Source of the DNA: an uncultured bacterium
Lineage (GTDB): Bacteria > Actinomycetota > Acidimicrobiia > Acidimicrobiales > VFJN01
DNA: 64,000 bases
Direction of reading: 5' to 3'
Assembly: GCA_963717085.1 (NCBI GenBank)
Contig: CAVQVM010000011.1
Location: 233,108 to 297,107 of the forward strand
Shown here: piece by piece, positions 1-10,444 of the stretch
Numbering within the stretch: the stretch's first letter is position 1
How the letters are laid out: each line of letters opens with the position of its first letter
Notes under the pieces: generated by a model
What the model saw: only the letters and a program-made list of their open reading frames with translations
Told to the model about the DNA's origin: nothing
Databases searched by the model: none
Translations under genes and position numbers: made by a program

Positions 1-366
1 CTGCCCAAGTACGTCGTGTCCAACTCGCTCAACGAGGCCGATGCCATGTGGCGCGGCGAGCACCCTGACACCGCCCGCCTCGTGACCGGCGACGTCGTCG
101 CAGCGGTGCAGGCGCTGAAGGACGAACCCGGCGACGAGCTGCAGATCTGGGGAAGCAGCGAACTGCTCCACACGCTGTTGCAGCACAAGCTCGTCGACCG
201 CTTCCGCCTGATGACGTTTCCGCTGGTGCTCGGCTCCGGTCGCCGCTTGTTCAACGACGGCCTCCTCCCGGCGACTATGCGCCCTGTCGAGCTCGCCACG
301 ACCGATCTCGGCATCGTCCTCGGCACCTACGAACCAGCCGGTCCGGTTCGCCACGGCCAGATGTAG
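1..366 (+). CDS. Dihydrofolate reductase-family protein (RibD C-terminal domain-like), 5' end cut by window edge
   Basis: Frame 1 is open from base 1 (LPKYVVSNSL...LQIWGSSELLHTLLQHKLVDRFRLMTFPLVLGSGRRLF). This is the C-terminal half typical of RibD_C/DHFR-like reductases. Stop at 364-366; no start in window. Confidence 0.7.
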   Translation: MPKYVVSNSLNEADAMWRGEHPDTARLVTGDVVAAVQALKDEPGDELQIWGSSELLHTLLQHKLVDRFRLMTFPLVLGSGRRLFNDGLLPATMRPVELATTDLGIVLGTYEPAGPVRHGQM

Positions 367-444
367 CCGGCTGGGGATGGCCGTGCGAGATGTCAGCTTC
401 GGCATCAGGGCCGTCCTCTCACCTGCAGCTGGGTCCTGGCGACA

Positions 445-1050
445 TCATGCGGTCGGGTCGAGCGGTGGGTGCTCGAGGACGCGGGGCCGGTACTCGACCA
501 GCTGGATGCGGCCGTCGAAGGTGCGGTTGTCGATCATCTCGAGGGCGACGTCCGGGTAGCCGTCGTAGATGCGTTCTGCTCCAGTGGCGCCGGTGATCAC
601 CGGGAACATCACGACCCGGAAGCGATCAACGAGTCCGGCTCGCAGCAGCGACCGGCACAGGCTGATGCTGCCGATCGTGCTCATGAGGCCCGAGCCGCCC
701 TCCTTCATCGCCCGGACCGCTTCGACCGCGTCATCGCGCACGAGCGTGGAGTTGGCCCACGTGAGCGGGTCCGCGAGAGAGGCGGAGAACACCACCTTCG
801 ACGCTCGCGTGAGTCCGTCGACGGACGCCTCCTCGTCGGCGGTGAACTCGTCCGTTCCCGCAGGAGTCTCTCCGGCAGCGAAGCCCGACATCAGCCGGTA
901 CGTGTTCGCTCCCATCACGTACGTGACCTCGGGTTGTTCACCCAGCCAGGCGAGGTACTCAGGCCCCTCGAGACCCCAGAAGCCGGGCCAGCCCTCCGCC
1001 GACGCGTAGCCGTCGAGAGAGGTGATGAAGTCGACGAGGAGTTCTGGCAT
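445..1050 (-). CDS. Dihydrofolate reductase-family protein (RibD_C-like)
   Basis: 201-aa ORF with FITSLDGY..., VMGANTY..., GSISLCRSLLRAGLVDRFRVVMFPVITG. Same family pattern as the neighbouring partial gene; high third-position GC. Confidence 0.75.
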   Translation of the reverse strand: MPELLVDFITSLDGYASAEGWPGFWGLEGPEYLAWLGEQPEVTYVMGANTYRLMSGFAAGETPAGTDEFTADEEASVDGLTRASKVVFSASLADPLTWANSTLVRDDAVEAVRAMKEGGSGLMSTIGSISLCRSLLRAGLVDRFRVVMFPVITGATGAERIYDGYPDVALEMIDNRTFDGRIQLVEYRPRVLEHPPLDPTA

Positions 1051-1521
1051 GGTCGTGTCCTTGTCCTCTTGTCAGGTAGCCGCTCCTGCCTTCGCTACCA
1101 CGGCGACACGAGGTTGGACGGGCGGCGAGTCGAGAACTCATCGCCAACGCGCGACCGAGTCGATCGGAACGTGGCAGGTGCGTACCCAACGGCGCCCGGA
1201 AGGCGCGTGTCGAGGCACGCCGTTCGCGCTACCTGACGCCGGCTGAGCGGTGAGCCTCGGCAGCTAGCGCTCCAGCGCTGCTATCCCCCGCGAGCGCGCC
1301 CGATCGACGCTCGGGTTGCAGCCGCCGAGGGCGGCGGGTGTCCCAGAACACGCCTCCCCGAAGCCGCACCCGCGCGCTTCGACCGTCCCGAAGTGCCGAT
1401 AGGCCGCACCCATATCTGCCAGTGCTGGTGGGTTGGCGGCGGCGTCTGCTCGGTTCGGGCACTATGCGCTCGTCGTGACGACATTCGCGGGGCTCACTGC
1501 GGCATCGACGCCTCCGGCGGC

Positions 1522-1980
1522 TCAACCGGGCGCGTCGCCTGAGGACGCCTTCCACCGTCGATAAACGGGCATCTCGTCGTCCGAGTACTCCGTCGCCACC
1601 GCCTCCTCGATCGAGCACGCGTAGTGGACAAGCCCGTAGGGCGTCTGGCCGGGGCGCGCCGTCACCGCCGGGTGCGACGGAGGGATCTGCTCGAGCCATC
1701 CGCGCACCATGAACTCTCCGTATTCGCCAGCGTGGTCCTCCCACGGCTGTGCGGTGTGCAACGCGTAGCGCGCGTCGCGCGCCACCTCACGCAACTTTGG
1801 GCTCGTGTCGCGGAACGAGACGCACAGCAGCCCGGCGCCGAGCCAGGGAGAGACCGGGTGCACGCGTGGTCCGCCGTCGCGCCGAAGCGTCGCCTGGTAC
1901 ACGATCCGACCCTCCATGCGCGCTTGGGCGAAGGCGGCCAGATCCGGCGCGGCGTTCGCGAACTCAGCCCAGGTGGCCAC
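1522..1980 (-). CDS. Pyridoxamine 5'-phosphate oxidase-like FMN-binding protein (family call tentative)
   Basis: ORF 1522-2073. I prefer the GTG at 1980 (VATWAEFANAAPDLAAF...), giving about 152 aa. Resemblance to PNPOx-like split-barrel proteins is general only. Confidence 0.6.
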   Translation of the reverse strand: MATWAEFANAAPDLAAFAQARMEGRIVYQATLRRDGGPRVHPVSPWLGAGLLCVSFRDTSPKLREVARDARYALHTAQPWEDHAGEYGEFMVRGWLEQIPPSHPAVTARPGQTPYGLVHYACSIEEAVATEYSDDEMPVYRRWKASSGDAPG

Positions 1981-2210
1981 GACCGACGTACCGTACCGCC
2001 GCACTCGGCCTGGACGCTGCCCGGAGGAGCTGATCGCCGAAATTCGGTGGAAGGGAATCGAGTTCTGCATCATCCGACTACGCCCTCACTGATCGACGCA
2101 TAACTTGCCGCTATGCGCTCGCTCCGGCGCTCGCGATTGGGCATTCGGTGCCCGCTCGTCAACGGCCGCTTGGTCGCGCTCGGACACCCACGGTGCAGCC
2201 TTGAATAGAG

Positions 2211-2552
2211 CTACATGTGTGGCGGGCGCCACCACGCCAAGACCAAAGACACGGCCAGAAGGATCGCTACGCCGAGGGCGAAGTGCGCCGCCCACGCGCC
2301 CGCCAGGGTCGGGCCGCCCCACGAGTCCCGCAAGTCGTCGGCTCCGATGAGGGGATAGAGCACGCCTCGCAACACCACGATGAGCCACAACGGTCCGGTC
2401 AAGACCAAAGAGACCATCGAGACCCCGCCCGCTCGTTTCCCTAACCGGGCGGCGAGCTCGACGCGGTTCGTCGCCGCGGCGATGCCCGTCGCGATCACCG
2501 CCGGCAGCGCGGTCGCCACGACGATCGTGTCCATGCCCAAGCCTCGTCGCAT
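2211..2552 (-). CDS. Small integral membrane protein, unknown family
   Basis: 113-aa ORF with several hydrophobic helices (TIVVATALPAVIATGIAAA, MVSLVLTGPLWLIVVL, FALGVAILLAVSLVLAWW). Confidence 0.45.
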   Translation of the reverse strand: MRRGLGMDTIVVATALPAVIATGIAAATNRVELAARLGKRAGGVSMVSLVLTGPLWLIVVLRGVLYPLIGADDLRDSWGGPTLAGAWAAHFALGVAILLAVSLVLAWWRPPHM

Positions 2553-2838
2553 TGCTTGTGGGTCCTCGCTCGTGACGACTCGCGTGCGTCTCTGACGATG
2601 CCACGGGATGGAACTCGTCGCCGTTCAGCTGACGCCGCCAACCTCGCAGGTAGGCGTCGACACCAACTGATGCCGATCGGCGTCGCTGACCGGGACATCG
2701 GTGGCGACGCTGAAGCGAAGCGTGGGCTGCCAGCTCCTTTGCCCTGGTCCCGGGTGAGCGAGCGGCGTAGCTGTTGGGGTAGCGCCGTGATGTGTCGGGC
2801 AAGGGCGTCGGCGACGAGGGCGGCCGGCTGCGGTCTTG

Positions 2839-3909
2839 TCAGGAGAGGCGGTGGCGGAGCCGCCAGAAGCAGAACCCTATGAGGCCGAGGGCGAGGCCGG
2901 TGTAGATCCCGGTCTCGTACGCCTGGAGGGGCCAGAAGCGGCTGGAGGGCAGATAGCTCACCTGTTGCCGGTAGCCGAGCCGCGTTAGCTCGGCGAGGCA
3001 CGGCGAGAGCACACGACGCTTGTCGCCCGGCCCCGCGCCCGCGGGCGCTTGCCCCGGCGGGCTCTGGGGTGGTGCGCAGGGTCCTGCGGACGTGGAGACA
3101 GGAATGGTGTCGAGGGCGTGTCCGGACGCGTCGACGGTGTGGCTGGACAGTACCCAGGCGCCGGTGTCGGCCGCCGTTGCGCGCAGCTGTATGCGGCCAT
3201 CCTGAGCCACGCGAAAGTCGTCGAGGTTCGACGCGGTGATCTCGACGTTCGAGCGGGCGGGCGAGATGAGGTGGGGCCGGACCAGTTGCGGCATGGCGAT
3301 CTGGAGCGCCACGAAGAGGGCCAGGGCGATGGCCATCGCCGGGAGCGTGCGGCGGATCAGCATCCCGACGGTCACGCCAAGCGCGAACGCGAAGGCCGCG
3401 TAGCCGATCGGGACGATGCCGCGTGCGCCGAACAGCAGCGGCTCGATGCGTGAGCCCTGCGCGGCAGCGACGCTGGCCTTGTCGATCGGGGCGGACCACC
3501 AGTTCACCGCGAAGCTGCCCAGCCCCGCGGCGGTGATGGCGGCGATGCCGACGAGACCGAGCTTTACGGCCAGCCAGCGGGTGCGGGTGATGCTCTGGTT
3601 CCACACCAGCCGGTGCGTGCCGGCCTCGAGCTCACGGGCGATCAGCGGCGCTCCCCAGAACAGCCCGATGAGGGCGGGCAGGACCAACACGACGGAGGTG
3701 ACGGCGAAGCCCGGGCCCCGGTTGTCCCGGACGAACCGGTCGACGAAGTTCGAGCAGTCGCCGCCCTGGCTGGTGCAGGCGGCGATCCCGGTGGAGTAGT
3801 CGTCGGCCAGGTCGGGGCCGGTTAGGACCAGGATGACGGCGAGCGCGGCGAGCGCGGTGGCCATCATCGCGGCCGAGGCGCGGAACTGACGCCAGGTCAG
3901 CCAGAGCAT
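2839..3909 (-). CDS. ABC-2 type transporter permease
   Basis: 356 aa with an N-terminal TM, a Cys-containing extracytoplasmic loop and further TM helices. Overlaps the upstream ATPase gene by 13 nt. Confidence 0.75.
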   Translation of the reverse strand: MLWLTWRQFRASAAMMATALAALAVILVLTGPDLADDYSTGIAACTSQGGDCSNFVDRFVRDNRGPGFAVTSVVLVLPALIGLFWGAPLIARELEAGTHRLVWNQSITRTRWLAVKLGLVGIAAITAAGLGSFAVNWWSAPIDKASVAAAQGSRIEPLLFGARGIVPIGYAAFAFALGVTVGMLIRRTLPAMAIALALFVALQIAMPQLVRPHLISPARSNVEITASNLDDFRVAQDGRIQLRATAADTGAWVLSSHTVDASGHALDTIPVSTSAGPCAPPQSPPGQAPAGAGPGDKRRVLSPCLAELTRLGYRQQVSYLPSSRFWPLQAYETGIYTGLALGLIGFCFWRLRHRLS

Positions 3910-4799
3910 CGCAGTACCTCCAACGCGGGCCGGTTGTGGTCTTTGGCCGTGGCCTGGCCCATGTAGGCCAGGACGAGGTCTTCCATGCCCAGCTGGCCGA
4001 CGGTCCAGGCGGGGTCGTGGATCGGGGCGTCGGTGCGGACCAGCAGGGTGGTTTGACGGTCGGTATGGCTGGCGGCGATCACGTGCTGGCCGGCCGGCAG
4101 GGTGGCGGGGTCCCGGCGCGCCCCGGTGAGCCGGTAATGAGTCGCCAGCAGCGTGTCGATGTCGCCGGCGAGCTCCACGCGGGAGGCGACCAGCACGATC
4201 AGGTGGTCGCAGACGCGCTCCAGATCGGACACCAGGTGGGAGGACAAGACGACGCTAAGGTCGTGCTCGGCGACGGCCTCCATCAGGTCCTGTAGGAACT
4301 CGCGCCGGGCGAGCGGGTCGAGGCTGGCGACCGGTTCGTCGAGGACTAGCAACTCGGGGCGTTTGGCGACGCCCAAGGTGAGCGCGAGTTGGGCGCGCTG
4401 GCCGCCCGACAGCTTCCCGGCCCGCTGCGTGAGGTCCAGGCCGAGCCGCTCGATCCGGTAGCGGGCCAGGGCGTCGTCCCAGCCGGGGTTCAACCGGGCG
4501 CCGAGACGTAGATGGTCTTCGACGCTCAGCCCGGCGTAGGTGGGCGGGTCCTGGGCTACGTAGCCGACCTTCGCCAGCTGTGCCGGCCCGGCCGCGGGGT
4601 GGCCGCCGAGTACCTCGATCGTGCCGGAGGTCGGCGTAAGCATGCCGACGGCCAGGTCCAGCAGTGTCGTCTTCCCGGCACCGTTGGGGCCGACCAGCCC
4701 GACGACCCGCCCTGCGGGGACGTCCAGCGTGCAGTCCGACAACGCCCAGTTGCGCCCGTAGCTCTTGCCCAGCCCCTGGGCGCTTATGACGGCGGTCAT
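3897..4799 (-). CDS. ABC transporter ATP-binding protein
   Basis: Walker A GPNGAGKTT, ABC signature LSGGQRAQ, Walker B LLVLDEP. Confidence 0.9.
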   Translation of the reverse strand: MTAVISAQGLGKSYGRNWALSDCTLDVPAGRVVGLVGPNGAGKTTLLDLAVGMLTPTSGTIEVLGGHPAAGPAQLAKVGYVAQDPPTYAGLSVEDHLRLGARLNPGWDDALARYRIERLGLDLTQRAGKLSGGQRAQLALTLGVAKRPELLVLDEPVASLDPLARREFLQDLMEAVAEHDLSVVLSSHLVSDLERVCDHLIVLVASRVELAGDIDTLLATHYRLTGARRDPATLPAGQHVIAASHTDRQTTLLVRTDAPIHDPAWTVGQLGMEDLVLAYMGQATAKDHNRPALEVLRCSG

Positions 4800-5200
4800 G
4801 CTACGTCCTCCCGAGCGGCGGTCCGAAACGTGGTGATGAACAGGGCCTCGATGCTCTCGTCGTCGAGCCCGGCCCGCCGCGCCCTGTCCAGCCAGCGCCG
4901 CAAATCCTGGCGCAGCGGACCGTGCGCCGCGAGCGTGGCGTCGGCGAGCGTCCGCGTCACGAACGTCCCGATCCCCGGGCGAGCGGCCACGAGCCCGTCG
5001 TGCTCGAGCTCGCGGTAGGCCTTCAGGACGGTGTTGGGATTGATCGCCAGCCGCGCGACCACATCCTTGACCGTCGGAAGCTGATCACCCTCCCGCAACA
5101 GGCCCAGCCTGAGCGCCTGGCGCACCTGTCGCACGAGCTGCTGATACGGCGGCAGTCCGGACCCGGCGTCCAAGTGGAACTCTATCATCGGCTCAGTCAT
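4796..5200 (-). CDS. GntR-family transcriptional regulator (short YtrA-like type)
   Basis: Winged-helix segment LPTVKDVVARLAINPNTVLKAYRELEHDGLV. 134 aa, with a 4-nt overlap onto the ABC ATPase gene. An AT-richer promoter-like stretch lies just upstream (5201-5250). Confidence 0.85.
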   Translation of the reverse strand: MTEPMIEFHLDAGSGLPPYQQLVRQVRQALRLGLLREGDQLPTVKDVVARLAINPNTVLKAYRELEHDGLVAARPGIGTFVTRTLADATLAAHGPLRQDLRRWLDRARRAGLDDESIEALFITTFRTAAREDVA

Positions 5201-5822
5201 TTAGCTAGGATCATAGCACATTAGATGAATCCGGAAATAGAAACCTCCCGCTCGACCCAACCCCACCGGGCCGGACGGCCCGGCCCCGGGGGCTGACCCC
5301 TGCGCGCACCACGCAGCAAAGGCGCCGACGGTTGAACGAGTCCGCGCCGACAACCGTGCCGGTGCGACCGGCTCGTCCCCGCCGGCATCGACCGCGGGGT
5401 AGTTGCGGTCGCGGTCACCAGCGGCACGCTCGCACTTTCGCTCGAACCGGCACACGCCGACGACGGCGACGGTTCGTGCGTCTGGAGCTATGCAGACGGC
5501 AACGTCGAGTAATTGCCGGGGGTGACTCTACGATCGGCGTCTGTGGGAGGTGATCTCTCACCCAGACCTGTCCTTCGTGATACCGGATGAGGATGGCAGC
5601 CGGAGCTTCGGGCTCGCCCCCCAACCGGTTCTTCCCCACCCAGCCCAGACTCAGGTCCACCGCGCCAATATCGAACCACGGCCGCCAGCTTCTCGCCCCG
5701 GCCGACTCCTGTGGCGTGGTCAGATCGTCGAGATACATTCGTGAACGCTCGCCCAAGCGGCGGGTATCTCGCCTGCCAGGGCTCGGCGGGACGCGGCGAA
5801 CGCCCACGATTGAAGGGGTCTC

Positions 5823-6467
5823 ATGGCTGGTTACGCGGTTGCGCATGTGGACGAGATCGACGAGCTGGTCGACGGGGGTTGTGTCTTCCGGCCGGTCCGG
5901 CACCACTTCGGCATCACGTCGTTCGGTGCCACCGCGTGGACGGCCGGTGCCGCGGGCGACGTGATCGTCAATGAGCGCGACGAGGGCGATCCGACCGCAG
6001 ACGACGAGCTCTTCCTCGTGCTGCGAGGCCACGCCGTGTTCGAGCTCGAAGGTGACCGGGTGGATGCGCCGGCCGGGACGCTCGTCTTCGCTCCTCCGCG
6101 CACGACGCGAAGGGCGTTCGCCGAGGAGGCCGGGACCATGATCATGCTGATCGAAGGGACGCCGGGAAAGGCATACGAGCCTCGCGGCTGGGAGCTCTGG
6201 GCTCCGCTCGCCCCGCTCTACGAGTCGGGGGAGTACGCCGAGGTCGCCGACCGCCTACGAATTCTGGTCGAAGCCCACCCGCAGTACGGCTTGCTGTTCT
6301 ACAACCTCGCCTGCTGTGAGAGCCTCACGGGCCGAACCACCGACGCGCTTGACCACCTGCGACGAGCGATCGACATGTCCGAGGAGTTCCGCGGGCACGC
6401 GAAGCTCGATTCGGACCTGGACCTGATCCGCGACCAACCAGCGTTCAAGCAACTGATCAGCGACTAG
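5823..6467 (+). CDS. Cupin-domain protein with helical TPR-like C-terminal tail
   Basis: Cupin-like beta-barrel stretch ELFLVLRGHAVFELEGDRVDAPAGTLVF. The C-terminal helices resemble TPR (YGLLFYNLACCESLTGRTTDALDHLRRAI). Confidence 0.6.
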   Translation: MAGYAVAHVDEIDELVDGGCVFRPVRHHFGITSFGATAWTAGAAGDVIVNERDEGDPTADDELFLVLRGHAVFELEGDRVDAPAGTLVFAPPRTTRRAFAEEAGTMIMLIEGTPGKAYEPRGWELWAPLAPLYESGEYAEVADRLRILVEAHPQYGLLFYNLACCESLTGRTTDALDHLRRAIDMSEEFRGHAKLDSDLDLIRDQPAFKQLISD

Positions 6468-6831
6468 AGCTCTCGAGGGGATCCGGCGAACGGGCACTCC
6501 CGCCGCAAGCGGCCCGACGATGGCGAGGACGAGGACCGGCTTCTCGAGCTTCCCTGTCTCGGGACTGGCAAGTGCGACAACGAGGCCAAGCAAGAGGAAC
6601 GCCAGCACGACCAACAGCGCAAGAGCGAACGAGACACAACACAGGCTGACCCGTACATGGCGATCCCGACAGCGCATCTGCTGCCGGCGGATCACGACCG
6701 GGCCCGTCGGGTGGTCGACGCCGCATTCAGCGGAAGCCGGCGTGTCACGGATGTGTCACCCGCCTCGGCGAGCGTGCCGGCGCAAGGCGCTGACCTGGAC
6801 TAACAGCCCGCAGGCACAGAAAACGGTCAGT

Positions 6832-8505
6832 TCAGCTGGAACTAGCCAGCGTCTCGGACGAGCGCGAGAGCAGGAAACCTTCGTAGTCGCTCTCGACGAC
6901 CCTGGCGATCTCCTTGAAGAGCTTGGGCCGGCCCGCCGAGTTGAGCAGGTACCGGCGCGGCTTGCCCGGGATGTTGCTGCCGAAGTAGTAGCTGCTCGCC
7001 CCGAACGAGGGCGGCTTGGCCGCGTTCCGGTCGACCATGCTGGTCCACTCCTCCTCGGCCGCGGGATCCACCTCGATCGCGTCGAACCCGTGCTCACGCA
7101 CGTAGATGAGCGTGTCGGTGACGAAGTCGACCTGGTCGCCGTTGTACCGCGGGTTGTTCCCCGCCGCCGCATGCGGGCCACCCGGGAAGAAGAGGCTGGG
7201 GAAGCCGCTGGTCTGCACGCCGAGGAACGTCCTGGGACCGTCGGCCCAGTGCTGCTCCAGGGGCACGCCGTCCCGTCCGCGGATCCCCATGCGCAGGAGC
7301 GCGCCGGTGCCGAAATCGAAGCCGGTCGCCCACACGATGACGTCGAGCTCGCGCTCCCCCTCGGTCGTCTCGATCCCGTTCGGAGTCACCCGGACGATCG
7401 GCGTCTCCTTGACGTCGACGAGCGTGACGTTGGGCCGGTTGTAGGCCTCGTAGTACCCGGTCACGAACGGCGGCCGGTGCTCGCCGAAGCGGTGATCCTT
7501 CGGGATCAGCTTCCGGGCCGTTTCCGGATCGTGCACGATGCCAGTGATCTTCTCGGCGAGGAAGCCGCACCACTCGGCGTTGGCCGCGGGGTCGAGCAAC
7601 AGGTCGGTGTAGTTGCTGGTGAGCTTGGAGAAGCCGGGGCTGTTCCACATCCTCTCGAAGAAGGCCCGGCGGTCGTCCTCGGAGTCGTCGAAGGTCACCC
7701 GGTCGTGCGGCCGGTGGAGGAACCCGTGCGGTGACGTGTTCACCGTCTCGCAGATCACCTCGAACGCCGCCCGGAGCCGCGCCTGTTCGTCGGGGGTGAT
7801 CGGCCCGTTGTTCAGCGGAGTGCACCAGTTGGCGGTGCGCTGATAGACGGTGAGCGACTCGACCACCGGCGCGATGACCGGGACGATCTGCACGCCGCTC
7901 GAACCAGTGCCGACGACAGCGACGCGTTTGCCCGCGAAGTCGAGGGGACTCGCGGGCCACAGACCCGTGTGGTGCGACTCGCCGCCGAACTCCTCGCGCC
8001 CCGGTACGTCCGGGAAGTGGGGCACCGACAGCACGCCGGTCGTGGCCACGAGGTACCTCGCTCGGGTGACCGCATCGTCGCCGGTCGTGACGGTCCACGT
8101 CGCCATGGCCTCGTCGTAGGTGGCCGATGTGACCCTGGCGCCGAACCGCATGTGGCGACGGAGGTCGAACCGGTCGACGACGTGGTTGAGGTAGCGCTCG
8201 GTCTCGGGCTGCTCGGCGAAGTGCTCCTGCCACTCCCACTCGTCGAACAGCTCCTGGGAGAACAGATAGCCGTAGGTGTAGCTCTCGGAGTCGAACCGAG
8301 CTCCGGGGTAGCGGTTCCAGTACCAGGTCCCGCCCACGCCGCCGCCTGCCTCGACCAGGGCGACGGAGAAGCCGGCCTCTCGCGCGCGGTAGAGCTGGTA
8401 GATGCCCGTGATCCCGGCGCCGACGACGAGAACGTCCACATCGGGGCCATCGGGGGCGGGCGGGCCGACACGCCCGGCGCCTGCGGGTTGGGAGGATGTC
8501 GTCAT
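6832..8505 (-). CDS. Baeyer-Villiger (flavin-containing) monooxygenase
   Basis: GxGxxG (VVGAGITG), GGTWYWNRYPG, BVMO fingerprint FxGxxxHxxxWP (FGGESHHTGLWP), second dinucleotide motif VVGTGSSG. Confidence 0.9.
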   Translation of the reverse strand: MTTSSQPAGAGRVGPPAPDGPDVDVLVVGAGITGIYQLYRAREAGFSVALVEAGGGVGGTWYWNRYPGARFDSESYTYGYLFSQELFDEWEWQEHFAEQPETERYLNHVVDRFDLRRHMRFGARVTSATYDEAMATWTVTTGDDAVTRARYLVATTGVLSVPHFPDVPGREEFGGESHHTGLWPASPLDFAGKRVAVVGTGSSGVQIVPVIAPVVESLTVYQRTANWCTPLNNGPITPDEQARLRAAFEVICETVNTSPHGFLHRPHDRVTFDDSEDDRRAFFERMWNSPGFSKLTSNYTDLLLDPAANAEWCGFLAEKITGIVHDPETARKLIPKDHRFGEHRPPFVTGYYEAYNRPNVTLVDVKETPIVRVTPNGIETTEGERELDVIVWATGFDFGTGALLRMGIRGRDGVPLEQHWADGPRTFLGVQTSGFPSLFFPGGPHAAAGNNPRYNGDQVDFVTDTLIYVREHGFDAIEVDPAAEEEWTSMVDRNAAKPPSFGASSYYFGSNIPGKPRRYLLNSAGRPKLFKEIARVVESDYEGFLLSRSSETLASSS

Positions 8506-8533
8506 GCGGCCGGGGCGTGGGCGCCGGGTCTAG

Positions 8534-8564
8534 ATCGGCACGCCGACACACGGCGACGGCCGAT
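8534..8564. promoter_or_regulatory. Imperfect palindrome in the divergent BVMO/Rieske promoter region (operator candidate)
   Basis: ATCGGCACGCCG-ACACA-CGGCGACGGCCGAT. The outer arms ATCGGC/GCCGAT and inner arms CGCCG/CGGCG are reverse complements. Confidence 0.25.
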
Positions 8565-8630
8565 TCGAATCTTGTACCGACCGGTTAGCATATCGACGCC
8601 CTTGACCGGTCCTGGAGGGGAACGGGCTCC

Positions 8631-10010
8631 ATGGCGATCGTCGAACCGAAGCGCGCCGACATGACGGGTCCTGCCTTGCCGGTGCCGTACGCGATGGAGG
8701 TCCCCGACCGCGTCCGCAAGGAGCGCTACTTCGATCCGGACTTCTTCCGCATGGAAGCCGAGCTGCTGTGGCCCCGGGTGTGGCAGATGGCCTGCCGCCT
8801 GGACGAGATCCCCCGCGCCAACGACTTCGTCGAATATCAAGTCCTCGACCAGTCGGTCATCGTGGTGCGCACCGACGACCTGGGCGTGCGCGCCTTCCAG
8901 AACGCATGCCGCCACCGCGGCGCCCGCGTCGTCGAGGGGCGCGGGTCCTGCGAGAGCGGCTTCACCTGCCCGTTCCACGGGTGGTGCTACGGCCCGGACG
9001 GCAAGAACAGCTTCGTCCCGCGGGCCCGGACCTTCTCCGAGCACAACCTTCGACCGGAAGACCTCGACCTCGTGCCCGTGCGGTGCGAGATGTGGGGCGG
9101 GTGCGCGTGGATCAACCTCGACCGCGATGCGCCGCCGTTGCGGCACTGCATCGAGCCGGCCGCGAACACGCTCGACGCCTGGAAGGTCGGATCGCTGCGC
9201 GCCGAGTGGTGGCTCGCGTGCCGGCTCCCCGTGAACTGGAAGCTCGCCGTCGAAGCGTTCGTCGAGAGCTATCACGTGGTGGAGTCGCATCCGCAGCTCG
9301 TCATCCCCACGAGGTATGGAATGCGCGAGGGCGCACCGTTCGACCCGCGCAAGTTCGTCGACGCCGACATCCAGTACCTCCGGTCGATGAGCGAGGGCAT
9401 GGCCGGGATGGTCCATGCCAACGACGTGCGCATCGCCGAACGCCTCCGGGACATCGAGCTCCCCACCGACCCCGCCCTCGCGACGGCCACCTGGAACAGA
9501 ACACTCAACGACGCCGTCACGAGCTGGCACCGAGACCGGGGTGCCGACATCCCCCACCTGAACGAGCTCGCTCACCAAGGGCTCGACCAGGAGTTCTTCC
9601 ACTGCTTCCCGCACTACTTCGTGCTGCCGATGTACAGCAGCGCCTCGTCCTACCGATTTCGCCCGCTCGGGCCGGAAGAGACGCTGATGGACATCTGGTC
9701 GCTCACCCGGTACCCGGAAGGGGAGGAGCCCGAGAGCCCCGCACCTCCCGAGCCGTGGGAGTGCGACGATCCGCGCTGGCCGCCGATCCCTGCGCAGGAC
9801 TTCTCGAACCTGCCTCGGCAGCAACGAGGCCTGCACGCGAGAGGCTTCGAGTACATGCGCCTGTCCAGCGGGCTCGAGGGGCACATCTCGAACTTCGAAC
9901 GGACCATCGACGGCTTCCTCGCCGGCCTGTCCCACGAGAAGCTGTTCCAGGCTTTGCAGGCCGTCAGCGTGTATCCCTTCGACCGGCCAATCGTCGACCT
10001 CGGGTGGTAG
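8631..10010 (+). CDS. Rieske [2Fe-2S] aromatic-ring-hydroxylating oxygenase, alpha subunit
   Basis: Rieske motif CRHRGARVVEGRGSCESGFTCPFHGWCY (CxH...CxxH). Mononuclear-iron region NWKLAVEAFVESYHVVESHP. Confidence 0.9.
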   Translation: MAIVEPKRADMTGPALPVPYAMEVPDRVRKERYFDPDFFRMEAELLWPRVWQMACRLDEIPRANDFVEYQVLDQSVIVVRTDDLGVRAFQNACRHRGARVVEGRGSCESGFTCPFHGWCYGPDGKNSFVPRARTFSEHNLRPEDLDLVPVRCEMWGGCAWINLDRDAPPLRHCIEPAANTLDAWKVGSLRAEWWLACRLPVNWKLAVEAFVESYHVVESHPQLVIPTRYGMREGAPFDPRKFVDADIQYLRSMSEGMAGMVHANDVRIAERLRDIELPTDPALATATWNRTLNDAVTSWHRDRGADIPHLNELAHQGLDQEFFHCFPHYFVLPMYSSASSYRFRPLGPEETLMDIWSLTRYPEGEEPESPAPPEPWECDDPRWPPIPAQDFSNLPRQQRGLHARGFEYMRLSSGLEGHISNFERTIDGFLAGLSHEKLFQALQAVSVYPFDRPIVDLGW

Positions 10011-10019
10011 TGGGCGGTC

Positions 10020-10427
10020 GTGGGCGACGACATGACCTACGGGGAGGTCGTCGAAGGCATCCGCGCCACCCTCGCCGCCTACACGCAGGCGCTCGACGAC
10101 GGACGCACCGACGACGTCGTCGCCACCTTCTGCCCGGACGGTGTCTGTGACATCCCGGGCATGGGCACGTACGAGGGCCACGATGCGCTGCGCAGCGCGT
10201 TCGCGGGATGGAAGCCCCGCCGACCCCAGCGTCACCTAGTCCTCAACACCCTCGTCACCGACTGGAACGACCACGAAGCCCACGCGCTCAGCGACGTGCT
10301 GTTCATCCTGCTCGGCAGCTCGGGCTGGTCCATCGAGCTCGTCGGTCGGTACCACGACACCCTCCACCGCGTCGGCGGCGCGTGGCGGTTCCAGCGCCGC
10401 TTCGCCGAGTTCGTGACGCCGTCGTAG
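10020..10427 (+). CDS. SnoaL-like / NTF2-fold protein
   Basis: 135 aa with IRATLAAYTQALDDGRTDDVVATFCPDG...GRYHDTLHRVGGAWRF, a typical SnoaL_4-like pattern. The start could be the ATG at 10032. Confidence 0.7.
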   Translation: MGDDMTYGEVVEGIRATLAAYTQALDDGRTDDVVATFCPDGVCDIPGMGTYEGHDALRSAFAGWKPRRPQRHLVLNTLVTDWNDHEAHALSDVLFILLGSSGWSIELVGRYHDTLHRVGGAWRFQRRFAEFVTPS

Positions 10428-10444
10428 ACGTCACCCGCCGGCGG

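Noticed and set aside
5415-5738. A possible 107-codon gene (MYLDDLTTPQESAGARSWRPWFDIG...) in the 620-bp gap upstream of the GntR operon.
   Set aside because: The composition is coding-like only in the first half, the tail is poly-Arg nonsense, and there is no RBS or recognisable family. I left it uncalled; it is worth a look only if expression data exist.
6255-6695. A membrane-like 146-aa ORF in the convergent gap between the cupin and BVMO genes.
   Set aside because: The hydrophobic N-terminal part is tempting. However, the frame has no stop until it has overlapped 212 nt of the cupin gene, third-position GC is mediocre, and no family is recognisable.
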